From the IMG/VR virus record IMGVR_UViG_3300042892_002114, positions 1 to 64,000 of that record: a DNA stretch of 64,000 nucleotides; one strand, written 5' to 3'. Under the pieces are notes generated by a model. It searched no databases, was not told where the DNA came from, and saw only the letters and a list, made by a program, of their open reading frames with translations. The position numbers and the translations under genes are program-made. Shown piece by piece: positions 37,994-46,566 of this stretch. Positions within the stretch are counted from its first letter, which is position 1; each line of letters opens with the position of its first letter. This DNA is from a virus.

Positions 37994-40099
37994 CTACCCA
38001 CCACCGCCAACCAACGTGGTTCCGCTTGGATCAACGAATATTTGTTTTTTTAATGGCAAGAACGTTTGATTATATATAAAAGTATAAGAATCTTCACCAT
38101 ATGCAAGTTGATGGGCACCATCATATAGTTCAGCTTCAATTTCAAACAATTCGTTTCTTAAAGTGGCTTTTATTGGAATCTTTATTTTAAAATTATCCAC
38201 CGAATAATCCAACGCCTGATATGAACACAGGTTGAGTTTTGATATACTCCAAGTACCGGACACAGGAACCAACATTATTGTGCCATATCTTTCTATATCA
38301 GAAAAGAAAGTTGATTTGTATCTTCGACCAGCGCCAAATTTAAATGTACTATCAATTGTGGCAATCTTTATTTTGTCGTCGCCGCTTACAAAATAAACAT
38401 ACAACACCGAAGTGCTGCTGTTTTCAACCGACGGTTTTACGTTTATAGAAAACTCGTACAATGAATTTTGTTTCAATGTGATTGGATTGCTGTCATATAC
38501 AGCACCTTGTATCAAATTTTCTTGAGAATTTGTATATGAAGTCAATTCTGGTGCATTATCAAGTCCCAGATATGATGCAGTTGGATATGATGCAAAATTT
38601 ATAAAAGCATCCGATTTACCATACCAATAAGAATTTGGTAGTAAGGTATAACTTATATACGCCGCAGTTCTACCGACACTTGTATCATCTTTATATATCA
38701 CATAATCAATTTGATTTTCATTTCCTGTGTGAGATACAGTGACACCGTCAATAAACACTTGGTTGGTTTGTGAAAACCCACAACTGCCTTGAACCAGCCA
38801 ATATTTGGAAACATGTGCCGCGTTGTAAAATTCACCGGGATTATTGTACAGTCCATTATCAAATTTGGTTGTTGAAATTAAATTTGTAGGTTTTATTTTT
38901 CCTTCACAAATCAATGTTTTTGTTTCTGGACTATTTAGGCTGCGACCGTAAACTTTATAGCTATTCAGATCTCCACATAATACTCGCAAATTGTTGAAAT
39001 AAATATCCAATATGGATTTTTTGTAGAAAGTGGAACCAGATACAATTGCTCGTGGCAATTCAGTTACAATATTTTTGTGAATAATTTCAAACTCACCATT
39101 ATCAATACTCAATATGTAAAAATTCTTTTTGTGATTAACGGTCTGCTTTGATGGATCATTGCTTGTACCATATCCCTTTATATTTGCCAAGTTATTTTTA
39201 GCATATGAAGAATCTTGATTGGAACGATCTATCAAATCAGACACAGTTGAAAAAGGAATATCTAATAACACCGTTGTGTCATTTACTACGCTGTCAATTT
39301 TTGCTATAAAATCGGTAGAAATCAATCCTTCGTATTGTATTTGGTTGTTTGTATAATTGGTATATGTAAATTTCTTTACGGTTGGACTCTTGATACGAAC
39401 TTGTTCACCTTCCATGGATGAACTGAATTTTGATCCACCTTTCCAATATAATTGATAAATTGGCTTGTCGTATTGATAATCATAATCACCATCCGAGTTA
39501 TTTTTTGGAAATACGGCAATTGATGAAAATGAACCGGACGATATACAATAGGAAGATGTTGGATATATTGGACAATCATATATTTCTGATGAAACTTCAA
39601 TATATGGAGAATCAAAGAATCTTACTTCAGTGTCTGTCTTTTTAGTTGGATCAATCAATATATTGCTAGACCATAATATATTTACTTTTGTCAGCGGGGT
39701 GGGCGACGGAGCTTGAATCAGTGGAAGGCGCTGATTTTTATCTATTTTATATCCATTGTTCTTAAAGTAAGCAATTATTCCGGTATAATCTCCAGTATCA
39801 AGTCCAATCGAACGTATTTCCAACCTACCAATGCCAGTTGGTGTGGTTGATGGAATATTAACATAATACAACCTACCAGAATCAGTAACTTCACTGTATT
39901 TTGCGTCAGTTGGACGTATAATACCAGAAGATAATATATTACCATCCACATCATATGCAGATAATGTAATATCCGAATCTGGAACAACCAAGTTAGTCGG
40001 ATTTACAATGAATGAATTTTTTCCAGATTTGAGCGTATCCTTAAAGTCGGATAAAATAAAATATGTATTCTGCGAGTTGCTATCCGGTACTGTGTCCAT
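37994..40099 (-). CDS. Hypothetical beta-rich protein, probably structural
   Basis: 701 aa, Ser/Thr/Tyr-rich; TATTTAT at 40121-40127. Confidence 0.6.
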   Translation of the reverse strand: MDTVPDSNSQNTYFILSDFKDTLKSGKNSFIVNPTNLVVPDSDITLSAYDVDGNILSSGIIRPTDAKYSEVTDSGRLYYVNIPSTTPTGIGRLEIRSIGLDTGDYTGIIAYFKNNGYKIDKNQRLPLIQAPSPTPLTKVNILWSSNILIDPTKKTDTEVRFFDSPYIEVSSEIYDCPIYPTSSYCISSGSFSSIAVFPKNNSDGDYDYQYDKPIYQLYWKGGSKFSSSMEGEQVRIKSPTVKKFTYTNYTNNQIQYEGLISTDFIAKIDSVVNDTTVLLDIPFSTVSDLIDRSNQDSSYAKNNLANIKGYGTSNDPSKQTVNHKKNFYILSIDNGEFEIIHKNIVTELPRAIVSGSTFYKKSILDIYFNNLRVLCGDLNSYKVYGRSLNSPETKTLICEGKIKPTNLISTTKFDNGLYNNPGEFYNAAHVSKYWLVQGSCGFSQTNQVFIDGVTVSHTGNENQIDYVIYKDDTSVGRTAAYISYTLLPNSYWYGKSDAFINFASYPTASYLGLDNAPELTSYTNSQENLIQGAVYDSNPITLKQNSLYEFSINVKPSVENSSTSVLYVYFVSGDDKIKIATIDSTFKFGAGRRYKSTFFSDIERYGTIMLVPVSGTWSISKLNLCSYQALDYSVDNFKIKIPIKATLRNELFEIEAELYDGAHQLAYGEDSYTFIYNQTFLPLKKQIFVDPSGTTLVGGGG

Positions 40100-40144
40100 A
40101 GGTTGTATATACGCCTATGGATAAATATGACTCAGACGTTGTTA

Positions 40145-43100
40145 TCAAACGTGATTTATATGTGAAAATCCATCAATCTTCCTGATTTCCAGTTGTTTGT
40201 CTACCATGTCTCGCATTGCGTCAATATGACTTATTATTATAATAAAATCAAAATGGGGCTTCAGATAATTAAATAACGAATGTAACATCGGAAAATTGGA
40301 TGCATCCAACGCAGATACCCCTTCGTCAACTACCAAAAAGTTGGAACGCGGTAGATTGCTGATGTTGATCAAGGATACTCTCAAAGCCAAAGCACTAACA
40401 AACTTTTCCATACCAGAGCATAGTTCCAATGGCCATTTTTTGTCATCATATTTGATATATACATTGACATTCTTGCCATCTGTTTCAATACTCATACTAA
40501 ACTCAACCATTTGAGATAATATATTATTTACTTCTTGTTCAATTCTTGGAATGGCATCTGAAATAATTTTATATGGTACGCCATCTTTACCAATTGAAGT
40601 TAGATAATATTGATAAGCAGCAAGCTCGTTTTCATACTCTTCTACTTTTTTGATTTGTTCTTCGATATTTTTTATTTGGTCTGTCAATGACACTTTGCGG
40701 CTATACGCATCCACATATTCTCGCTCAATATTCTTTAGTTTTGATGTTATAGTAGCAACATCATTTTTCAAATCGTAAACAGATGATTCAACCAGTTTGT
40801 TGCTTTCTACAATTTCTTTGGACTTTTCATACAACTCAACCAGATTGTCAATATCAACTATTCTATTAGAGTTTTTAGAAATTAAATTATTGAGATTGGA
40901 TTTTTCCAGTTCTTTCTTGGAAATGAATGCTGTGAGTGTATTGATAGTTTCTTTGAGCAGCACACTTTGTTCATATTGAGCCACAAATGGTTCAACTTCT
41001 ATAATCTGTGTTTTGATGGTTGATATGGCATCAAACAGTTCTCTTGCATCAGTTTTGTCGGATTCCAAACTATCTTTAGCAGATATAGCATCTTTTACAA
41101 ACGCATTATCACAGCAATATTCACAATTTGGATCATATTTGTGGTTGGATAGATGTTCTATTTTCTTGAGTTTTTCTTTGACCACGAGCTTAAATTTTTC
41201 CAATTCTTGCTCAAGACGAGTTTTTTGACGAACAAAACTTGCATGCTTGTCCGATTTTTCTTTTAGATCATCTGGAAATGCAGATAGTTTATTGGAAGCA
41301 TCCACATATTCTTTTTTCTTTGACTCTGTGTTTGTGTCAATAACCGAAATAGCATCAACAGATTGACTATTTTTTGTTTCTAAAGTTTCGCGCTCTTTTT
41401 TTAGAGCAAATACATTTGTTGGCACATTTTCAAGTTTTATAATCTTGGCTTGTTGTTCAACGATTTTATTATCAAGTTCATTCTTCTTTGATGAATATTG
41501 ATCGCGTTGACCAGTCAAATCAATAAGTTTGGACTCTGCCAATCCCAAATCATTTTTATTGGACTCAATCTTGACTTGATTGTTTTCTTTGTTGAATGAC
41601 TTGATGGCACCTGTTAGTTCTTTTAGTTTGTCATTGCCCTTGGCCACAAGTTTATCAAACACATTTAGACCAATGAACTGACACAACAAATCCTTGCGTT
41701 CAGTTTGACCCATTTCAACAAACGACCCTTGATTGCCTTGTAATGCAAGTGAAGTTAGTACAAAGTCATCATAATCGCCGATATAATCACGAATGATTTC
41801 ATTTGTGCTTCTGCGAGCTTCACTGTTGAGGCTAATCTTTTCGTCTTTCTCCATCTTATAGAAGTTTACATCAACTTTTACATTGCCTTTTTTATCTCTG
41901 ATGCCTTTGCGCTCAATGATATATTGAATATCATTTATCTCAAATGTGAACTTGCCATGAAAAGACATTTTTTGTGAGTTCATCACATGAGTTGCTTTGA
42001 ATGCTCTGGCACTTTTATCAAATGCTGTAAAGCATAATGCGTCCATCAATGATGATTTTCCGCTCGCATTATTTGCGAACAAACCATACACATCTTCCAG
42101 TTTAGTAAAGTCAATCACATTGTTTTCACCATAACTAAACATATTACTGAACTCAAACTTGATTGGCTTCCAACGAATGTTGCGTGAAGTGTCATCTTTG
42201 CTCAAATCAGCATTGAGGTCTTTGTTGATTTTATGAACAGACTCAAGTGTGCCATCGTCCATAATATCTGGATATTTAGCTTTGAGTGCTTCACTAATAA
42301 GTTTATTTTGATAATCAACATTGCCAATCTGACTCAAGTTGGCAGCAGCTTGAACACTTACAACTTTAGAAGCATCGTCGCCATCAACTCGCATATAAAT
42401 AATGTCGCTGATTTCATGCGTCTTTTTGATTTCATTTACTACCTTTTTTAGTTCAGTAGCAATAGTTTCTTTGCAACGCACACGAAGTTTTGGCTTCTTG
42501 GGCATTGTGCTTATATCAGTCATCAACTTGCCGTCATCAATATCAATAGTGAAATAACCATAATCATTTGGTATTTCTACATGCTTGTATGCTCTGTTCT
42601 TTATATCCCACAAACAAATGCCGTGACCAAGCAATGCTTCGCCATGATTTTGTTGAATAACCGAACCAGCATAACGAATGATTGGTTTTTCTGATACTGG
42701 ATCGCACATTTGCAGATTTTGTGCCAAATGAATATCACCCAACAATGCCATATCATGACCATCAAACATATCATTCATGATACTCTTGTTGGTTACGGTA
42801 TAACCCACATCAGTCTTGGCGTCAAATACACCACCATGAAATAAAGCAATCTTTGTATCAAACTCCGTCTTGATTTTCTTGGTCACATCTTTCATTTTTA
42901 TAAATGAAGTATGGTCGGTGAAAATAGACATGTTATTTATAAGAATATTAGCAAATGAATACAACTTGCTTTCTTTTAGATAATAAAGATTGTCATGAGC
43001 CAAATTTTCTACAATAGGAGTCAAACTATCCAATCTCGTTGTGTTTGTGAGAAGACAATCATGATTGCCCGCAATAACAATCGTAGGACGCAAATCAGAT

Positions 43101-43348
43101 AAACTCTTTAGAAGGTCGCTCATGAGTTGAACACATTCGGGCGAAAGGTCAACTTTGCTGTGTGTGAGGTCTCCCGCTATAACAACCAATGTGTTTACTG
43201 GTGTCTTTTTAACCTCTTCATACACCTTCCCAAACACTTCACGATATTCTTCATGGCGTTTGGTCAAACGAATATGAATGTCCGCCATATGAACAATATA
43301 ATCCACTCTGGTTAGATTGGTGTTTAGTTTCTCAAATGTATCTATCAT
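40145..43348 (-). CDS. Fused Mre11/SbcD nuclease and Rad50/SbcC ATPase (gp47-gp46 fusion)
   Basis: ADIH, AGDL, GNHD and GDIH phosphoesterase motifs; NASGKSS Walker A, CEYC hook, CSGME signature, VVDEG, IISH. Confidence 0.92.
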   Translation of the reverse strand: MIDTFEKLNTNLTRVDYIVHMADIHIRLTKRHEEYREVFGKVYEEVKKTPVNTLVVIAGDLTHSKVDLSPECVQLMSDLLKSLSDLRPTIVIAGNHDCLLTNTTRLDSLTPIVENLAHDNLYYLKESKLYSFANILINNMSIFTDHTSFIKMKDVTKKIKTEFDTKIALFHGGVFDAKTDVGYTVTNKSIMNDMFDGHDMALLGDIHLAQNLQMCDPVSEKPIIRYAGSVIQQNHGEALLGHGICLWDIKNRAYKHVEIPNDYGYFTIDIDDGKLMTDISTMPKKPKLRVRCKETIATELKKVVNEIKKTHEISDIIYMRVDGDDASKVVSVQAAANLSQIGNVDYQNKLISEALKAKYPDIMDDGTLESVHKINKDLNADLSKDDTSRNIRWKPIKFEFSNMFSYGENNVIDFTKLEDVYGLFANNASGKSSLMDALCFTAFDKSARAFKATHVMNSQKMSFHGKFTFEINDIQYIIERKGIRDKKGNVKVDVNFYKMEKDEKISLNSEARRSTNEIIRDYIGDYDDFVLTSLALQGNQGSFVEMGQTERKDLLCQFIGLNVFDKLVAKGNDKLKELTGAIKSFNKENNQVKIESNKNDLGLAESKLIDLTGQRDQYSSKKNELDNKIVEQQAKIIKLENVPTNVFALKKERETLETKNSQSVDAISVIDTNTESKKKEYVDASNKLSAFPDDLKEKSDKHASFVRQKTRLEQELEKFKLVVKEKLKKIEHLSNHKYDPNCEYCCDNAFVKDAISAKDSLESDKTDARELFDAISTIKTQIIEVEPFVAQYEQSVLLKETINTLTAFISKKELEKSNLNNLISKNSNRIVDIDNLVELYEKSKEIVESNKLVESSVYDLKNDVATITSKLKNIEREYVDAYSRKVSLTDQIKNIEEQIKKVEEYENELAAYQYYLTSIGKDGVPYKIISDAIPRIEQEVNNILSQMVEFSMSIETDGKNVNVYIKYDDKKWPLELCSGMEKFVSALALRVSLINISNLPRSNFLVVDEGVSALDASNFPMLHSLFNYLKPHFDFIIIISHIDAMRDMVDKQLEIRKIDGFSHINHV

Positions 43349-44280
43349 AAAGTTTTTAGTTCGGCTATAAGCTTTGGCTCGTCAAATGTGGTTTCTTTCA
43401 CCCGAAAGAACTTACATTTTAGGCACTCTTCTATTTGTTGTTGTCTTATTGTATCTTTTTCTTTTAGCGTTCCATCCACATTATAATGATGCGGTTCGTC
43501 CCACTCAATCACTATATTGCGGGTTGGTTCGTAATAGTCAATCCAATATCCAAGTTTTGCGAGGAAATGTTCTCCGCCATTCATTGCGTGCTTTCCATCC
43601 CACCCAAGTGCGGAGTTTATATTATCAAATACTTTACACGCGGATTTATTATATGATGGGACTATTTGATGGCCATTGTATTTGTCTTCCGCTATTTCTT
43701 TTATTCTTTTCAACCGAAGCTTTGTTTTGCCTTCTTCCGATATTATTGGACCGGGAATATTTTTTAGTTTTCTTGTTTCGCTTATTTTCTTTCGAGTTTC
43801 TAATGTATGATTTTTTCCATACATTCCGTTATTCTCTCCCGCGTTGATTTCTTTTAGCCGTTCTATGGTTGCCAATGAGTGTTTTTTTCCCAGCATTGGA
43901 TGTGTATATTTTTTATGTCTTTTTACAAGACCGGCGCTGACATTTTTTCTCTGCGCTTCGGTCATTTTTACTCCACCTCTGTATGGAGGTTTATATCCAG
44001 CATCCATTCTTTTTTTGGCATGACAAGAACCGCATAAAGATTTTCTCTTTTTTCCGATTTGGTATCCACGCTTTGACTCGTATATCAACATCTTATTACA
44101 CTTTGGGCAGTGTCTTATTCTTTTCTTTTGATCCCCAATAACGACCCATTCGGTTTTCACAGATAAGTGCTCTATGACGACTATAGTATAGTTTTGCTCG
44201 CTTCCGATTGTCTTCTCGGATTGACTCTGCGGTTCTTGTTTTTTTTCTTCCCATGATGATGTTGTGTTTGTATTGTTCAT
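43345..44280 (-). CDS. Putative homing endonuclease (zinc ribbon, NUMOD3-like repeats, PD-(D/E)xK domain)
   Basis: CPKC/CGSC; GKKHSLAT, GKNHTLETRKKIS; YWIDYYEP..NIVIEWDE.HH. Confidence 0.75.
   Translation of the reverse strand: MNNTNTTSSWEEKKQEPQSQSEKTIGSEQNYTIVVIEHLSVKTEWVVIGDQKKRIRHCPKCNKMLIYESKRGYQIGKKRKSLCGSCHAKKRMDAGYKPPYRGGVKMTEAQRKNVSAGLVKRHKKYTHPMLGKKHSLATIERLKEINAGENNGMYGKNHTLETRKKISETRKLKNIPGPIISEEGKTKLRLKRIKEIAEDKYNGHQIVPSYNKSACKVFDNINSALGWDGKHAMNGGEHFLAKLGYWIDYYEPTRNIVIEWDEPHHYNVDGTLKEKDTIRQQQIEECLKCKFFRVKETTFDEPKLIAELKTL
44096..44254 (-). CDS. Small basic 52-aa peptide nested in the 5' end of the endonuclease ORF
   Basis: MGRKKTRTAESIREDNRKRAKLYYSRHRALICENRMGRYWGSKEKNKTLPKV; homologous to 1673..1816. 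Confidence 0.6.
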   Translation of the reverse strand: MGRKKTRTAESIREDNRKRAKLYYSRHRALICENRMGRYWGSKEKNKTLPKV

Positions 44281-44343
44281 ATAAACATAAATATATGTTG
44301 TTAGAACAAAAAGTGTTAGAACATACTTATTATATTATTATTA

Positions 44344-45315
44344 TTATTCCAATCTTAGCATTGTTAGTGCTCTAAAGTCAAGCACATCTGTTTTTCTAAT
44401 CTGTTCCATTGTTTCAACAAATCCCAATGTGTTTGGGTCTTTGCCTTGCAGTCGAACCAACTTGGCTATTTTACCAATAGAGTTTATATATTCTGCGATG
44501 CGAATTGCATTATTCAATGCATCATCATCCAACACAATATTCACTTCTGGACATTTGCTTTGTATAATAGATGTCTTGAGTTTTTGACTCATACTTTTTC
44601 CAAAAAGTGGAATTGCATTTCTTTTTAGCGAGATTGCATCCAAAGCACCCTCACATAAATAAATTGGAAAATCAAAATCAACAAGGTTCTCAAATCCTAC
44701 AATATTTTTACTAAACTCGCTGTTCTTGTATTTGTAGCCATCATCATAATAACTGCGGCAACTATAAAAGTTTAAGTTATTGTTTTTATCATATGACGGA
44801 AATACAAGACGATTGGCAAATGGACCTGTTGCACAATATCCAATATTGTATTTTATAATATCACAGAATGATAGTTTGCGTTTTTTTGCATAGTTTAATG
44901 CAATACGATATTCTATACTATCATCATTTTCAGCTAAACTTTTAAACTCATCTGGTAAACATAATATTTCACCACAATCTTCATATACTTTATTTGAAGT
45001 TAGTGAAGCAATCTTTTTATCAAACTCTGATAAACTATTTTTAGAAACATGTGCTCCTACAAGAGATTCCAACTTGTTGAACTGTTCTTGCGTGGCTTGT
45101 GCAAGTTTCAACAACCAATATAATCCTCTGCCTTTTATATTACATGTCCAACAATGCCAAGCATTTGGAGCATCAAGACACACTTCCAATTTTCGCTTGC
45201 GATGATGACATTTTGGACAATGATATTGTAAATTATTTCCTTTACGCAGTCGTCCTGTGTCTTTTAGAACATTATTTACTAAAATTGTGAGTTCTGATGT
45301 TTTTAGCGACGACAT
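44344..45315 (-). CDS. DNA primase (gp61/DnaG-like)
   Basis: CPKC...CWTC zinc finger; LCEGALD and LDDDA TOPRIM motifs; KDP. Confidence 0.88.
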   Translation of the reverse strand: MSSLKTSELTILVNNVLKDTGRLRKGNNLQYHCPKCHHRKRKLEVCLDAPNAWHCWTCNIKGRGLYWLLKLAQATQEQFNKLESLVGAHVSKNSLSEFDKKIASLTSNKVYEDCGEILCLPDEFKSLAENDDSIEYRIALNYAKKRKLSFCDIIKYNIGYCATGPFANRLVFPSYDKNNNLNFYSCRSYYDDGYKYKNSEFSKNIVGFENLVDFDFPIYLCEGALDAISLKRNAIPLFGKSMSQKLKTSIIQSKCPEVNIVLDDDALNNAIRIAEYINSIGKIAKLVRLQGKDPNTLGFVETMEQIRKTDVLDFRALTMLRLE

Positions 45316-45325
45316 TTACACCGTC

Positions 45326-45353
45326 ACTATACACAAAAGTGTTATATGGTCAA
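45326..45353 (-). promoter_or_regulatory. Sigma70-like promoter upstream of the primase
   Basis: TTGACC-N16-TATAGT on the minus strand. Confidence 0.5.
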
Positions 45354-45365
45354 ACTATAAAATCA

Positions 45366-45656
45366 TTAGTATTGCTTATCGCCCTTTTCACTCTCATCTA
45401 CAATCATAACAATATCATTCATATAATCGCGCAAATCACGAAGCGCCTCTGTTGGGTCTTCTCTATTTTCATATGCAGAGATCATTGTGCGTTTTGCAAT
45501 TTTTCTACATAATATGCTATTTTGTTTAAGACGATGTATTTCGTGTATCAATGCCTGTATAAGTTCTTTTTCATCTTTAACAAGTCTTGACTTTATTGGA
45601 AAGTCTGGTCCATTATTAAATGCTTGCCTTGCTATTGATGCTGGAGAATGGTTCAT
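45366..45656 (-). CDS. Hypothetical protein
   Basis: 96-aa ORF; TATTTAT 5 nt upstream. Confidence 0.6.
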   Translation of the reverse strand: MNHSPASIARQAFNNGPDFPIKSRLVKDEKELIQALIHEIHRLKQNSILCRKIAKRTMISAYENREDPTEALRDLRDYMNDIVMIVDESEKGDKQY

Positions 45657-45685
45657 ATGTTATAAATATAACACCAAGACAGAAA

Positions 45686-46177
45686 TCAACCCGCTAAACT
45701 TAATACTATAGCATCTCTAACATCTTCCATTCTTTTTTCTTCATTGCCCTTTTTATTAAGAATAGTCCAAGGCTTCATGTCATATAACTTCTCAACTTGC
45801 TCTTTTACAAACACTTTTGACTTTATTCCTTTGGCACGCGCCATGCCAAATGCTTTCTTTCGTGCTGTTTGAGCATGTATGCTATCTACTTTCAATTTAT
45901 AATGGTTTTCTAGTATATAACCAACAACTGCCTTGTTTTTAACAAGTTTGATTATAACTTGCTGCGAAGTGCCTCCACCAGCAAATCCAAACAAGCTTTC
46001 TTCAATCATTATTTTCTCAAAAGTTTGATCTTTTAAAGCAGTTATAATAAGTTCTGCTTTAGCAGCATACTCAATCGCATCTGAAATATCAACAAACCCA
46101 GCACCAAGAATAATCTTATCTTCTGCTACAGCCCAACCACAAGTTGTGGTGGATAAATCTAATCCCAATACTTTCAT
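45686..46177 (-). CDS. RuvC-like Holliday junction resolvase
   Basis: VLGLDLST..CGWA, MIEE, EDVRDAI. Confidence 0.8.
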   Translation of the reverse strand: MKVLGLDLSTTTCGWAVAEDKIILGAGFVDISDAIEYAAKAELIITALKDQTFEKIMIEESLFGFAGGGTSQQVIIKLVKNKAVVGYILENHYKLKVDSIHAQTARKKAFGMARAKGIKSKVFVKEQVEKLYDMKPWTILNKKGNEEKRMEDVRDAIVLSLAG

Positions 46178-46200
46178 ATAACCTTTTTATAAAAATTATA

Positions 46201-46530
46201 TTACAAACGACCAGATGGTGCGTACTTTGTGGTATTAATACCTTTGGTATCAATGTAATTCAATCCCGCGTCTGTAAATTGGGTGATTTGAATTGGTTGC
46301 TTGATCTTAAAGTTTGCTTGTGCAAAATCGTTTCCGGCTGCGCCAATTGGAGTTCCGTTGATTGCATTGGTTGCGGTGTTATCCAAGCCCACATCTTTGG
46401 CACTGCCGCCACCAACGTTGGCAAGATCTTGATATCTTTTATAAATACCTTCAAGACCGCCATCGGTCAATGAATGTCTGTCAATTGGTGCTTTTGGATC
46501 TGGTCTTGGACTTGTTGAACCTGGGTGCAT
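46201..46530 (-). CDS. Hypothetical protein
   Basis: 109-aa ORF with TATTTAT and AGGAG upstream. Confidence 0.65.
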   Translation of the reverse strand: MHPGSTSPRPDPKAPIDRHSLTDGGLEGIYKRYQDLANVGGGSAKDVGLDNTATNAINGTPIGAAGNDFAQANFKIKQPIQITQFTDAGLNYIDTKGINTTKYAPSGRL

Positions 46531-46566
46531 ATATAGTTTCTCCTGTTGTTTATTATAAATATAATG

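Noticed and set aside
37821-38069. 82-aa plus-strand ORF in an AT-rich gap
   Set aside because: Non-ATG start, no protein features, and it overlaps a promoter-like region and a gene end.
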